64,000 nucleotides of DNA from an uncultured Chloroflexia bacterium (GCA_963813335.1 CAWEYL010000003.1:32001-96000), one strand, 5' to 3'; numbered from the stretch's first letter, positions 42,927-55,682 are shown. A program made the numbers and translations. The notes: generated by a model from the letters alone, not told the origin.

Positions 42927-44016
42927 CTACCACCCCAGCGCGACAGCGACAGCGCCGACGGTCGGCGCAGTCTCGATCCAGCGGCCCACCTGCCGCTCGG
43001 CGGTCGTCGGGTCCTTGAGGCCGTGGCCGGTGAGGACGCAGGCCACCAGCGCGTCGGGGTCGAGCTCGCGGGCGGCGGCGGCCCTGCGCAGGCCGGCGAT
43101 GCCCGCGGCCGAGGCCGGCTCGCAGAAGATGCCCTCCAGCCGGGCGACATCCCGGTAGGCCGCCAGGATCTCGTCGTCCGTCACGGCATCGATCCGGCCA
43201 TGCGAGCGGTCGCGCGCCTCGATGGCCAGCTCCCAGGACGCCGGGTCGCCGATCCGGATCGCGGTCGCGACGGTCTCAGGGTGGTCGACCCGTCGCCCGC
43301 TGACGAGCGGCGCCGCGCCCGCGGCCTGGAAACCCCACATGCGCGGGGTCCCGGTCACCATCCCGGCCGCGGCATAAGCCTGGAACCCCATCCAGTACGC
43401 GCTGATGTTGCCGGCGTTACCGACGGGGATGGCCAGCACGTCCGGCGGGCGGCCGAGCGCGTCGCAGATCTCGAAGGCGGCCGTCTGCTGGCCTTCGAGG
43501 CGGAAGGGGTTGACGGAGTTCACGAGGGTCACGGGGTGGTCTCCCTGCTCGGCGAGCGCGCGCACGATCGTGAGGGCCTGGTCGAAGTTGCCGTCGATGG
43601 CGACGACGCGGGCGCCGGCGACCAGCGCCTGGAGCAGCTTGCCGGTGGCGATCTGGCCCTTTGGCAGGACGACGATCGCCTCCATCCCGGCGGCCGCCGC
43701 GTAGGCCGCCGCCGATGCCGAGGTGTTCCCGGTCGAGGCGCAGACGACGCTTGTCGCACCCTCCTCGGCGGCCTTGGCCACGGCCAGCACCATCCCGCGG
43801 TCCTTGAACGAGCCGGTCGGGTTCTGGCCCTCCACCTTCAGATAGAGGTTCGGGACCCCGATGGCCGCACCGAGGCGCGCCGCGTGGACGAGCGGCGTGT
43901 CGCCCTCGCCGAGGGTCAGCGCCGGGGTCGCGTCGGTGACCGGGAGGAAACGCGCGTAACGCTCCATCAGCCGCGGACGCGGGGCGCGGGCGGTGGGTGG
44001 CAGGGTCGCGCGCGGG

Positions 44017-44024
<8 letters not shown>
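42927..44024 (-). CDS. thrC: Threonine synthase
   Basis: [41 protein letters not shown]. Confidence 0.95.
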
Positions 44025-45129
<1,105 letters not shown>

Positions 45130-45329
45130 CGGGGCGGCGCTCAACGGTGGGCTCGGCGGGGGCGGGACATCGGGGTCGATGGTAGCGGACGGCGTGACGC
45201 GGCCGGGCGCTCCGGGCGGTCGTGGTGGTGCGGGAGCACCCCGGTTCAGCGGCGGACGCCCGACCGGCGCGACCCGGTTCCTGTGCCGGACGCCACCGTG
45301 TCGCCGCCGGCCGCCGCACACCGGCATAC

Positions 45330-45506
45330 GGCACAACGCTCGCCCACAGATCGTTATGGCCGATGGCCGGCCGGATCCACGCGATCTCGACGCCGACAGC
45401 CGGGAGCGCGAGCGTGGATCGGCGGGGATCTTCCGAGATCGGGCTCCGTCGGGCACCCAGTCGAGCCCCGGACCGGCCATAACGTTCTGTCCATGGTCGT
45501 TGTGCC
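45330..45506. repeat. Dispersed intergenic element copy C (177 bp, 36-bp imperfect terminal inverted repeats)
   Basis: Left arm 45330-45365 GGCACAACGCTCGCCCACAGATCGTTATGGCCGATG; right arm 45471-45506 reverse complement GGCACAACGACCATGGACAGAACGTTATGGCCGGTC. Confidence 0.88.
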
Positions 45507-45524
45507 AGGTTTGTCGGGGTAGGC

Positions 45525-45564
45525 CCCGCGGCGCAGCGGCCCGCGGCGCAGCGGCCCGCGGCGC
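45525..45564. repeat. Short tandem repeat, 15-bp unit CCCGCGGCGCAGCGG x ~2.7
   Basis: Read directly from the hom-trpS intergenic sequence. Confidence 0.7.
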
Positions 45565-45624
45565 GGCCACGCCGACGGCGTGACGCGGCCGAGCGGCCCG
45601 GGCGGTCCGCTACACTCGCCGACG

Positions 45625-46644
45625 ATGACGACCGAAGCCGTCCCCGCACCGGCCCCTGCCGCCGACGCCGCCGTCCGACCGCGGATCTTCAGCGGGATCC
45701 AGCCGTCGGGCGCGCCTCATCTCGGCAACGACCTGGGTGCGATCCGCAACTACGTCCGGCTCCAGGCCGAGTACGACACGATCTACTGCATCGTCGACTA
45801 CCACGCCCTGACCAGCCTCCACGACCCCGACGCGCTGCGGGCGCGGACCCGCGAGATGGCCGCCGCCCTGGTGGCCCTGGGCCTCGACCCGGACCGCTGC
45901 ATCCTCTTCGTGCAGAGCCACCGGCCCGAGCACACCGAGCTGGCCTGGCTGCTGATGACGGTCACCCCGGTCAGCTGGCTCGAGCGGACGCCGACGTACA
46001 AGGAGAAGAAGGAGAACCAGCCCGACGACATCAACCACGGGCTGCTCACCTACCCGGTCCTGCAGGCCGCGGACATCGTCATCTACAAGGCCTCGCTGGT
46101 CCCCGTCGGCAAGGACCAGGCCGCCCACCTGGAGCTGTCGCGCGAGATCGTCCGGCGCTTCAACTCCATCTACGGCGAGACATTCCCGGAGCCGCAGGCG
46201 GTCCACACCGAGGTGCCCATCGTGCTCGGCACCGACGGCGTCCGGAAGATGAGCAAGTCGCTCGGGAACACCATCGACATCCTGGCCGAGCCCGAGGTCA
46301 TCCGCCGCCAGGTCATGAGCATGGTCACCGACACGCAGCGCATCCTGCGGACCGACCCGGGCCGCCCGGAGGTCTGCAACGTGTGCCAGCTCCACCGCTT
46401 CTTCGGGGCCGACTACGAGACGATCTGGGACGGCGAGCGGACCGCCCGGACCGGCTGCGTCGACACCAAGAAGCTGCTCGCGGAGCGCATCATCGCCCAC
46501 TACGCCGAGGCGCGAGCGCGTTTTGCCGAGCTGATGGCCGACCCGGCGCGGATCGACCGGATCCTCGCGGACGGCGCGGAGCGCGCCAGGCCGCTGGCCG
46601 AGGCCACGATGGCCGAAGTCCGCGAGCGGATGGGGCTTCGCTAG
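45625..46644 (+). CDS. trpS: Tryptophan--tRNA ligase
   Basis: FSGIQPSG..HLGN, YPVLQAADI, VPVGKDQ, KMSKS. Confidence 0.96.
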   Translation: MTTEAVPAPAPAADAAVRPRIFSGIQPSGAPHLGNDLGAIRNYVRLQAEYDTIYCIVDYHALTSLHDPDALRARTREMAAALVALGLDPDRCILFVQSHRPEHTELAWLLMTVTPVSWLERTPTYKEKKENQPDDINHGLLTYPVLQAADIVIYKASLVPVGKDQAAHLELSREIVRRFNSIYGETFPEPQAVHTEVPIVLGTDGVRKMSKSLGNTIDILAEPEVIRRQVMSMVTDTQRILRTDPGRPEVCNVCQLHRFFGADYETIWDGERTARTGCVDTKKLLAERIIAHYAEARARFAELMADPARIDRILADGAERARPLAEATMAEVRERMGLR

Positions 46645-46677
46645 GACCCGCAGGGGCTCGCCACGGAGGACCGAACG

Positions 46678-47892
46678 ATGATCGACGACCGACCGGGCGG
46701 ACGGGATCGGCGACTCGTGAGCGCGATCCTGGTGCTCGGCGCGGTCGCGCTCTTCTTCATCGTCCTGGACCAGCTGGCCTCGTTCCTGTCCTTCTTCGCG
46801 GACATCCTGCTGACCTTCTTCCTGGCCTGGCTCCTCGCGTTCATCATCAGCCCGATCGTCACCCGGATCATCGCCGCGATCCCCAAGCTGCCGCGGGTCC
46901 TGGCCACCGTCATCGTCTATACCGGGGTGGTCGCGATCCTCGTCGTGATCATCGTGGTGGTCGCCGGCGCCCTGACGACGTCCATCGCCGAGTTCGTCGC
47001 CTCGATCCCGCAGATCCAGCACGACCTGCCCTCGATCGTCGCCCCCTGGCAATCGTGGCTCGACTCGGTCGGGCTCAGCCAGATCGATCTCCTGACCCAG
47101 CTGACGTCGATCCTCGACAACCTCGACCAGGTCGCCGCGGTGCTGGTCACGCCGCTGCAGCAGATCGCGGTGGCCAGCCTGAGCGTGGTCGGGACGATGC
47201 TGATCGTCTTCTTCCTCTCGATCTACATGGTCATCGACCGCGACCAGATCATGGCCTTCCTCTTCCGGCTGGTGCCGCCGTCGTACGCGGACGAGGCCCG
47301 CCTGCTCCAGACCTCCGTGTCGCGCTCGTTCGGCGGGTTCCTGCGCGGGCAGGCCCTGATGGGGGCGGTCTACTTCCTGATCGCGCTGATCACGAGCGTC
47401 GTCATGGGACTGCCGCTGGTCGCCCTGACCTCGGTCTCCGCCGGGCTCCTGATGGCCATCCCGTTCTTCGGGCCGTTCGTGGCCTGGGCCCCGCCGGTGA
47501 TCATCGCCCTGCTCTTCCAGCCGGACGCGCTGCTGCCGACCACCGCGCTCATGGTCGCAGGCTGGTTCGTGGTGATGAACGTCCTGCAGCCGCGGATCAT
47601 GCAGGACTCCGTCGGGATCCACCCGATCGTGGTCCTCGGCTCGGTGCTCATCGGATCGCGGCTCGCCGGCATCCCGGGGGCCATCTTCGGCATCCCGATC
47701 GCGGCAGTCGCCTCGGCGTTCTTCTTCCACTTCCTCCATCGCTCGTCGGGCGACCGGTCCGTCGCCGGGCGCGCCGCGAAGCGTTTGTCGGAGCGCGAAG
47801 GCCGGCCCGTCCGGGTCCCGCGCGAGCCCGCGCCCGGCACGGCCGCGGACGTGGAGGACGCCGGCCCCGATACCGCGGAGGCCGTCACGTGA
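46678..47892 (+). CDS. AI-2E (PerM) family transporter
   Basis: Multi-TM, GFLRGQ, IPFFGP, LQPRIM...IHP, GAIFGIP. Confidence 0.9.
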   Translation: MIDDRPGGRDRRLVSAILVLGAVALFFIVLDQLASFLSFFADILLTFFLAWLLAFIISPIVTRIIAAIPKLPRVLATVIVYTGVVAILVVIIVVVAGALTTSIAEFVASIPQIQHDLPSIVAPWQSWLDSVGLSQIDLLTQLTSILDNLDQVAAVLVTPLQQIAVASLSVVGTMLIVFFLSIYMVIDRDQIMAFLFRLVPPSYADEARLLQTSVSRSFGGFLRGQALMGAVYFLIALITSVVMGLPLVALTSVSAGLLMAIPFFGPFVAWAPPVIIALLFQPDALLPTTALMVAGWFVVMNVLQPRIMQDSVGIHPIVVLGSVLIGSRLAGIPGAIFGIPIAAVASAFFFHFLHRSSGDRSVAGRAAKRLSEREGRPVRVPREPAPGTAADVEDAGPDTAEAVT

Positions 47893-48816
47893 GCGACGAC
47901 CCGCCGGACCTCTCGCGCGAGCGGGCACGGACCGAGCGGCGCGACATCGACAAGGAACGCGGCGAGCCCGTCGCGGGCGGGTCGGCGCGGGGCGGGCCGC
48001 GGGCGCTGCGCGGCAACGCGAGACCGCTGGGCGAATGGGATGGCCGGCCGCGGATCCTCGTGACCAACGACGACGGGGTCGAATCGCGCGGCCTCCTCGC
48101 GCTCAAGACCGGCGCTCGATCCGATCGGCGACGTGACGGTCGTCGCCCCCGACACCAACCAGAGCGCGGTCGGCCACCAGAAGACCCTGATGCGCCCGCT
48201 TCGAGTGCGCGAGCGGACGCTCGGCGACGGCTCGCTCGCCTACTCGGTGGACGGCTCCCCGACGGACGCGGTGAGCCTCGCCTTCCTCGGCTACTTCGGG
48301 CACACCTTCGACCTCGTGGCGTCCGGCATCAACTACGGCGCCAACCTCGGCGACGACATCACCTACTCGGGCACGGTCAGCGCGGCGATGGAAGCGGTCA
48401 TCAACAACTGCCCGGGCTTCGCGATCTCGCAGGAGTACTACGAGCACCCCGATTTCGAGCTCGCCGGGCTGGCGGCGACGACCGTGGCGCGCAACATCCT
48501 CGAGCACGGCCTCTCGCCCGGCGAGCTCATCAACGTGAACGTGCCGGCGGTGACCCTCGAGGAGTGCGCCGGGTTCGAGGTGACCCGCCTCGGCAAGCGG
48601 ATCTACCAGGACGAGCTGATCCAGCGCCTCGACCCGCGCGGCATCCCCTATTTCTGGATCGGCGGCCCGCCCCCGTCGGGCCTGTCCGTGGAGGGCACGG
48701 ACTTCCACGCGGTCGTCAATCGGCGCATCGCGGTCACGCCCATCCATCTCGACCTCACGGGACGCAGCCTCCTGAAGCGGCTGCGGACGTGGTCGTGGCC
48801 CCTCGAGGAGGCCTGA
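47889..48816 (+). CDS. surE: 5'/3'-nucleotidase SurE with N-terminal extension; apparent frameshift at ~48109
   Basis: RILVTNDDG, VVAPDTNQSA, DGSPTD, SGINYGANLG, YSGTVSAA. Confidence 0.93.
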
Positions 48817-48880
48817 CCGCGTCACGCCAGCCGGCGTACCATGCCCCCTCCCGGACGCGCCGACGAGTGGGAGGACGACC

Positions 48881-49372
48881 ATGGACGACCTGACCAAGCT
48901 GATGTCCAGCGTCAGCGGCGACGGCGGGACCGGCAGCCCGGACCCGATGGCGGCCCTCAGCGGCCTCCAGCAGGCGGTCCAGCAGGAGGGCGGCATCGAC
49001 GCCCTCGTCGGCAAGCTCAAGGACGCCGGCCTCGGCGACCAGGTCGATTCATGGATCGGGACGGGCGAGAACCAGGCCGTCGAGCCGGCGGCGCTCGGCC
49101 AGGCCCTCGGACCGGACACCGTGCAGCGGCTGTCGGCCGGCTCCGGGATCGACGCGGGCAAGCTGCTCCCGCTGCTCGCGGCGTTCCTGCCGCAGATCGT
49201 CAACATGCTCACCCCGCACGGGAAGGTCCCCGACGGCGGACTCGGTCAGGCAGCCAGCGGGATGGACCTGGGCGGAGTGCTCGGCGGGCTCCTGGGCGGG
49301 GCCGGCGGGACCGGCGGCAGCCCGGATCTCGGCGGGATGCTCGGCGGGCTCCTGGGCGGCACGAAGGGCTGA
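48881..49372 (+). CDS. YidB/DUF937 family protein
   Basis: GLGDQVDSWIGTGENQAV, LPQIVNMLTPHG; GGAGG RBS. Confidence 0.88.
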   Translation: MDDLTKLMSSVSGDGGTGSPDPMAALSGLQQAVQQEGGIDALVGKLKDAGLGDQVDSWIGTGENQAVEPAALGQALGPDTVQRLSAGSGIDAGKLLPLLAAFLPQIVNMLTPHGKVPDGGLGQAASGMDLGGVLGGLLGGAGGTGGSPDLGGMLGGLLGGTKG

Positions 49373-49472
49373 CCGCCCGGCCGGGCGTCGTCGCCCGGTC
49401 ATCGACGGACGTCCATGCCGGACTCGACCACGGTCCGTGGCCCGGGCACGCCCATCCCGACATGCTCCGGGC

Positions 49473-50054
49473 ATGGAGTACTCGCTCGCCGTCACCCGGA
49501 TCCAGCGCTTCCTCGAGGAGGAGGCGATCGTCTGGCTGTCCACCGTGCGACCGGACGGCACCCCGCACATCGTGCCGGTCTGGTTCTGGTGGGACGGGAC
49601 GTCGCTGCTGGTCTTCTCCAAGCCGGACGCCGTGAAGGTCCGCAACCTGCGCGCCGGGTCGTCGGTGATGCTGGGTGTCGGCGATGCCGACGAGGACTTC
49701 GACATCGGCCTGTTCCAGGGCCGCGCCGAGATCCTCGACGCGCCGACGGCCGAGGTCATGCCTGCCGGGCACCTCGAGAAGTACGCCACGCACATGGCCG
49801 GCATCGGCCTGGCGCCCGAGGAATACGTGGCGACCTACTCCCTGGCCGTGCGCATCACCCCGAGCCACTACCTCGGCTGGCATGGCCGCTCGATCCCGCA
49901 GAGCGTGCGCGTCGCGGGGGCGCCGCAGACGACCATCGACGAGCCGGCCCTCGGCCGGCCGAGCCTGCGCGACTGGCTGGGCGAGCCGCTCGCCCGCGGG
50001 CTGCGCGGCTTCGGGGTGGGCCTGCTCCGACCGGGAGCCGCGGGGGCGCTCTGA
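49473..50054 (+). CDS. Pyridoxamine 5'-phosphate oxidase-like protein (PPOX class, putatively F420-dependent)
   Basis: WLSTVRPDGTPHIVPVWFWWDG, KVRNL. Confidence 0.85.
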   Translation: MEYSLAVTRIQRFLEEEAIVWLSTVRPDGTPHIVPVWFWWDGTSLLVFSKPDAVKVRNLRAGSSVMLGVGDADEDFDIGLFQGRAEILDAPTAEVMPAGHLEKYATHMAGIGLAPEEYVATYSLAVRITPSHYLGWHGRSIPQSVRVAGAPQTTIDEPALGRPSLRDWLGEPLARGLRGFGVGLLRPGAAGAL

Positions 50055-50260
50055 CCGGCGGCCCTGCTCCGGCGTGAGCGTTGCGTCCGGACGGTCTCCA
50101 TGAGATAGGACGTGTGGCTCTGGCCAGCCGATCCGCGACGGCGTGTACTTCTGGGGGATCCGCCTCGAGACCGAGGCGGTGCGCGCCCGGCGCGGCATTC
50201 CCCTCACGGCACGTGCGAGGTACCTCGTCAGGTGGGTTCGCATTCCCAGGGAGGCGTGCA

Positions 50261-51175
50261 GTGACGGCCATCATCGAAACCGAGCGGCTGACCAAGTCCT
50301 ACGGCACGCATCGCGGGATCATCGACGTCGATCTCGACGTCCAACGGGGTGAGATCTTCGGCTTTCTTGGGCCGAACGGCGCGGGCAAGACCACGACGAT
50401 CCGGATCCTGCTCGACCTGATTCGACCGACAGAGGGGCATGCCCGCGTCTTCGGTATCGAGACGACCGTCGACCCAGTCGCGATCCACCGTCGCGTCGGC
50501 TACCTGCCCGGGGAGTTCGCCCTGTACGACCGGCTGACGGGCGGAGAGACGATCGACTACTTCGCCAACCTCCGCGGCAGCGTCGATCCGACCTACAAGG
50601 CGGACCTCATCGCCCGACTCGACCTCGACCCGAGCCGCCCCTTCAAGGAGTACTCGAAGGGCAACAAGCAGAAGGTCGGGCTCGTCATCGCCCTCCAGCA
50701 CCGACCCGACCTGCTCATGCTCGATGAGCCCACCGCCGGGCTCGACCCGCTCGTCCAGCAGGCGTTCTTCGAGCTCCTGCGCGAGACCGTCCGCGAGGGC
50801 CGAACAGCCTTCCTCTCGAGCCACATCCTCGGCGAGGTCGAGAAGACCTGCGATCGCGTGGCGATCATCCGGGAAGGCCGCATCGTCAAGGTGGATCGCG
50901 TCGAAGCGCTCCGTGACCTTGCCCATCACCAGGTCGAGCTGCAGTTCGCGGCCCCGGTCGCACCGGGCGTGTTCGCCGAGATCCCCGGCGTGAGCGACGT
51001 GGCGGTCGAGGGTCTTCGGCTTCGGATGCGCGTGACCGGCTCGATCGCGCCGGTCGTGTACGCCGCGACCGCGTTCGAGCTGGTCGACCTGGAAGCCCGC
51101 GAGCCATCACTCGAGGAGACGTTCCTCGCCCAGTATCGGCGCGAGGCCGTCGGGGTGGACGGCCATGACCGCTGA
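50261..51175 (+). CDS. ABC exporter ATP-binding protein
   Basis: GPNGAGKTT, YSKGNKQK, LDEPTAGLDP, LSSHIL; GGAGG before GTG. Confidence 0.93.
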   Translation: MTAIIETERLTKSYGTHRGIIDVDLDVQRGEIFGFLGPNGAGKTTTIRILLDLIRPTEGHARVFGIETTVDPVAIHRRVGYLPGEFALYDRLTGGETIDYFANLRGSVDPTYKADLIARLDLDPSRPFKEYSKGNKQKVGLVIALQHRPDLLMLDEPTAGLDPLVQQAFFELLRETVREGRTAFLSSHILGEVEKTCDRVAIIREGRIVKVDRVEALRDLAHHQVELQFAAPVAPGVFAEIPGVSDVAVEGLRLRMRVTGSIAPVVYAATAFELVDLEAREPSLEETFLAQYRREAVGVDGHDR

Positions 51176-52857
51176 GATCGTCGGCCGGCCGGGGCCGGCG
51201 GTATCGCCGCATCCGTCGCTCGTTGGTCGCGTCTACGGGCTGGGCAGCATCTTCGGCAAGACGTTGCACGACTCCCGGTGGAGCATCCTCACCATCGTTG
51301 CCCTGATCGGGGTGATGATCGTCGCCGGGGGCGGCACCATGGCATCCACGTACGGGACGCCCGAGACACGCGGCGAGCTCGCGATGATGTCGAGGACCCT
51401 GCCGCCCGTGCTGGCGGGCATCTACGGCGATCCGCTCCGCGTCGACACGCTTGGCGGGTTCATCTCCTGGCACTACGGCGCGTACTTCGCGCTGCTGGCG
51501 GGCCTGTGGTCGATCCTCGCCTTGTCGTCCACGCTCGCCGGCGAGGCGAAGCGCGGCAGCCTGGATCTCGCGGCCGTGACGCCCCGGTCGAGGCGCGTCC
51601 TCGCGCTCGAGAAGCTGGCCGGTCACGTGGTCGCCGTCGCCATCGCGATGACCATCGTCGGCGTGCTGACATGGCTGACCGGCGCGAACTTCGCCAAGTT
51701 CGAGGGCGACAGCATCGCGGTCGACGCGGCGTTCGCGTTCGCCGTGGGCGTCGCCCTGAAGGCGCTCATCGCGGGGTCGATCGCGTTCGCCATCGCTCCG
51801 ATCCTCGGACGCGGCGCGGCGGCGGGGATCGCGGGCGCTGTCATGCTCGCGGCCTACCTCCTGAACAGCTACCGCGGCGTCGCGCCTGCGTTCGACGGGC
51901 CCGCGAACCTGGCCTGGTTCTCGTGGACTCGCGGCCATGTGCCGCTCGCCGACAGTGACGACTGGCCGTCGCTCGGCGCTCGTCGTGCTCGTCACGATCA
52001 TCCTCTTCGCGGTCGGGATCGAGGTCTTCGCACGACGGGACATCGGGGTCACGGTCGGCGTCAGAACGCCCCGCATGCCCCGGCTGCTGCTCGGCGTGCG
52101 CGGGCCGACCGGCCGGTCGTTCGGCGAGCTCCTGCCGACCGCCGTGTGGTGGGGCCTCGGCCTCGGGCTGTACGGGTTCGTCATGGCGGTGTCCAGCACG
52201 GCGTTCATCGACGGATTGCGACGCTCGCCGGGGGTCATCGAGGCGTTCAACGACATCGTGCCCGGCATGGACCTGACCACGTCGGCCGGGTTCCTGCAGT
52301 TCGTCTTCGTCGACATGGGCCTGCTGCTCGTCGGTCTGGCCGCCGCGACCTTCGTCGCGGGTTGGTCGTCCGACGAAACCAGCGGCCGGTTCGAGCTCCT
52401 CCTCACGACGCCGCTCACCCGCGTCCGGTGGGCGCTCGCAGGCGGGGTCGGCGTGTGGCTGGCCATCATCGTCACCGTCGGCCTCGTGGCCATCGGACTG
52501 GCCTTCGGGGTCAACGCGAGCGGTGACGATCCGGTCCAGCCCACGGTCGGCCTCCTGGCCGTTGCCTTGTACGGGGCGGCCATGGCCGGCATCGGGTTCG
52601 CGGTCGGCGGCCTGACCCGGCCGTCGCTCGCGGCGCCGACCGTCGTGGCGGTCACGATCGGCACGTTCCTCCTCCAGATCCTGGCGCCGGCACTCAGGCT
52701 CCCGGACTGGGCAGGGCAGCTGGCGCTGAGCAGTCACATGGGCCACCCGCTCGTCGGATCATGGGATCCGGCGGGGGTCGCAGCCTGCCTCGCATTGGCG
52801 GCGTGCGGGCTGGTGCTCGGCGCCTGGGGCCTGCGGCGTCGAGACGTCGGGGGATGA
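51165..52857 (+). CDS. ABC-2 permease with two fused repeats; apparent frameshift at ~51977
   Basis: Two similar halves (AGEAKRGSLDL and SSDETSGRFELLL..P), many TM helices. Confidence 0.85.
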
Positions 52858-52861
52858 CCCC

Positions 52862-53987
52862 CTAGCGCAGGGTCGTCGTCGCGTAGCGCTCGAGGCGCTC
52901 CAGCGACCTCGGGCAGGTCCGTCCGCCCGAACCCGATCCGGAAGTGGTTGCCCGGGTGCCCGAACTGCGAGCCCGGAAGGAGCAGGACGCCCTCCGCCTC
53001 GACCAGGCCCGCCGCCCAGTCGTCGATGCGCAGCCCCGGCACCGTGAGCCGCGGATAGCCCACCGAGCCCGCCCGCGGGCGGACCCACTCGAAGCGGTCC
53101 GCCCAGTCCTCGAAGAAGCCGTCGAGCCGGGCGATGCCGGCCTCGACGATCCCGCGCGACCGGGCGAGGATCCGGTCGCGCGCCCGCAGGCCGATCAACG
53201 CGAGGATCTCCGACGGCGCCGACGAGCAGATGGTCGTGTAGTCCTTGACGGCCGAGCACCGGGCGAGGAGCTCGCGGTCGCGGGTCGCCAGCCAGCCGAT
53301 GCGCAGGCCGGCCATCGCGAACGACTTCGACATCACCCCCAGCGAGATCCCGCGCTCGAACGCCGCGGCGCCGGCCGGCAGGCGATCCGCCTCGTCGAAC
53401 TCGAGGAACCGGTAGACCTCGTCCGCGAGCAGGTGGACGCCGCGGGCGTCGAGCGCGTCGGTCAGGACGGCCCACTCGGCGGCCGTCGGCAGCATGCCGG
53501 TCGGGTTGTGCGGGGCGTTGACGACGACGACCGTGGTCGCCGGCGTGAGCGCCGCGAGCAGGCGGTCGACGTCGAGCGCCCAGCCGTCGACCTCGTGGAG
53601 CTCGTGGAGCGTGACGTCCGCGCCCGCCGCGCGAGCCACCTCGTGCAGGCTCTGGTAGGCGGGCCACGTCGCGACGACGTGGTCGCCCGGACCGGCGATG
53701 ACGTTCATGAGGCAGAAGATCGCCTCCTCGGCGCCGGCGAACACCAGCACGTCGTCTGCGTCGAGGCCGTCGTAGAGCGTCGCGATCTCGCGACGCAGCA
53801 GCGGATGACCGGTCGATTCGGTGTAGCCGAGCGTCAGGCCGTCCCACAGGTCGCGCGTCTCGTCGTCCGCGAGCGCGAGCAGGTCGCCCATCGGCACGCC
53901 CTGGACGTCCGAGGCGCACAGGAGGTGCTCGACGGCGAACTCCCAGCGGGCGAAGTAGCGTTCGAGGGCGAAGTCGGCGATGCGCAT
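52862..53987 (-). CDS. Class I/II PLP-dependent aminotransferase; apparent frameshift near the 3' end (~52910)
   Basis: GAEEA, NAPHNPTG, DEVYR, SKSFAMAGLRIGW, FRIGFGR. Confidence 0.9.
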
Positions 53988-54029
53988 GTCCGCATCATGC
54001 CGGACCGGGCTCGGCCGTATCCTCCCGCC

Positions 54030-54941
54030 ATGGGAACGACGATCGTCATCGTCGGCTCGCCGACCGCACTGGGCGGCCATCTCGGCGGGATGGAGCGAAC
54101 GCCGGCCGCGCTGCGACGGCTTGGGCTGGCCGAGCGCCTGGCGGCGCGGCCCGGGCTCGCCGGGGCGTCCTGGCGGGATGCCGGCGACGCGGCGAACGAC
54201 CCCGGCTGGGCGCCCGACCCGGACCCCCGGGCGAAGAACCGCGAGCGCATCTGCGCCTACCTGCCGCGCCTCGCCGACCTCGTCGCGATCGGCCTCGGCG
54301 CCGCCGGTCCCGGCGCCCGCCTGCTGGTCATCGGCGGCGACTGCACCTCCCACGCCGGGGCGCTGGCCGGCCTGCGACGGGCACGGCCCGGGCTCCGGCT
54401 GGGCCTCGCCTGGTTCGACGCGCACGGCGACTTCAACGTCCCCGACACCACGCCGTCGGGCAACGTGTGGGGCATGCCGTTCGCGATGGCATGCGGGCGA
54501 GGCGAGCCCGACCTCCTCGCCGCCTGCGACGCCCCGACGGTCCGCGAGGCCGACGCCGCGCTGCTCGGCGGCCAGGTGCTCGACGAGCAGGAGTCGCGGA
54601 TGCTCGCGTCGAGTGGCGTGGCGCAGTTCGGTGCCGGGATGCTCGGCGACCCGGCCGGCAGGGCCGCGCTGCGCGGCTGGGCGGAGACCGTCGCCGGCCG
54701 TATCGACGGCTGGTATGTCGCGTTCGACCTCGACGCGCTCGACGAGGCCGGTGGCTGGGCGCTGATGATGCCGGAGCCGGGCGGGCTGGCCCTCGAGACG
54801 GCGCTCGACGCGGTCCGGATCGTGGCGGCGACGGGTCCCGTGCTCGGGTTCGGCGGGACCGCGGTCAGGTTCGGGGCCGGCGGCGATCCCGAGCGGACGA
54901 CGGATGCGCTGGCCGACCTCGCGGCGGCCGCGCTGGCCTGA
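54030..54941 (+). CDS. Arginase family protein
   Basis: GGDCTSH, WFDAHGDFN, SGNVWGMP, FDLDALD, PGGL. Confidence 0.88.
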   Translation: MGTTIVIVGSPTALGGHLGGMERTPAALRRLGLAERLAARPGLAGASWRDAGDAANDPGWAPDPDPRAKNRERICAYLPRLADLVAIGLGAAGPGARLLVIGGDCTSHAGALAGLRRARPGLRLGLAWFDAHGDFNVPDTTPSGNVWGMPFAMACGRGEPDLLAACDAPTVREADAALLGGQVLDEQESRMLASSGVAQFGAGMLGDPAGRAALRGWAETVAGRIDGWYVAFDLDALDEAGGWALMMPEPGGLALETALDAVRIVAATGPVLGFGGTAVRFGAGGDPERTTDALADLAAAALA

Positions 54942-55682
54942 TCAGCTCCCGACGATCACCAGGTCGGCGGCGATCGTCCGGAACGCCTCCTCGGCGAGCC
55001 CGGTCCCGGTCAGCAGCCAGCTCGGGTTGGCCCCGGCATCGACGGACAGAGCCCAGCTGCCGTCACCGACCGAGACCAGCGCCCCGGTCCGATCGCCGAA
55101 GGCGGCCGTGCCCGCGTCGCTGCCGGCCGGCACGCACCCGTCGGAGCTGGCGCAGAACGCGCCTTCCTTGAGGTCGATCTCCGCGCCGCCGGGACCGCGA
55201 TACGAGATCTCGAGGCGCGCGCCGCCGGCGAGTCCGTATCTGCCGGTCCGGACGAACCAGCCGCGCGGCAGGGCGGGGCAATAGACCGACCAGTCGACGG
55301 CGGCCGCCACGTGCGCGTAGAAGTCCTGGTTCTCGGGTGTCCCGGTGCACGCATCGGCCGCGCCGGCGCCCGATGGCGAGGGCTCGGTCGACGGCTCGGT
55401 CGACGGCTCGTCGCTGGGCTCGTCGGTCGGTGTCTGGGTGGGCTCGGCGCTGTCGGACGGGGCGTCGGTCGGCACCTCCGTCGCGCCCTCGGACGCCCCG
55501 GGAGTCGGACTCGCGATCGAGCCGGACGAGGCGTCCGGGCCTGCGGCGCTCGCGCTCGTCGAGGGCGTGCTCGACCCGCCGCAGGCGCTCAACACGAGCG
55601 CCAGGGCGGCGGCCAGGACCAGGAAGGACCGACGACGGTCGGGACGGTCGCGTCCCGGCGCGCTCGATCGACGTCGCGTCAC
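54942..55682 (-). CDS. Hypothetical lipoprotein with Ser/Pro/Thr-rich linker
   Basis: Lipobox LVLSAC, low-complexity linker, Cys-containing C-terminal domain; TACCCT -10-like hexamer before GTG. Confidence 0.75.
   Translation of the reverse strand: MTRRRSSAPGRDRPDRRRSFLVLAAALALVLSACGGSSTPSTSASAAGPDASSGSIASPTPGASEGATEVPTDAPSDSAEPTQTPTDEPSDEPSTEPSTEPSPSGAGAADACTGTPENQDFYAHVAAAVDWSVYCPALPRGWFVRTGRYGLAGGARLEISYRGPGGAEIDLKEGAFCASSDGCVPAGSDAGTAAFGDRTGALVSVGDGSWALSVDAGANPSWLLTGTGLAEEAFRTIAADLVIVGS

Noticed and set aside
45130-45624. T-box or attenuator in the hom-trpS intergenic region
   Set aside because: No T-box consensus or Thr/Trp-rich leader peptide; trpS appears leaderless and the space is largely explained by repeat copy C
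50055-52857. Second ABC exporter as a mobile element
   Set aside because: It appears slightly more A/T-rich at third positions by eye, but no integrase, transposase, tRNA or flanking repeats are visible
52862-53987. PLP enzyme as CobD (threonine-phosphate decarboxylase) because it is near cob genes
   Set aside because: Separated from the cob operon by a lipoprotein and an oppositely oriented arginase, has its own promoter-like hexamer, and lacks HisC/CobD-type N-terminal motifs
55375-55445. Repeated GGCTCGGTCGAC-type units
   Set aside because: They encode the EPST/EPSD low-complexity linker of the lipoprotein and are not a separate DNA element
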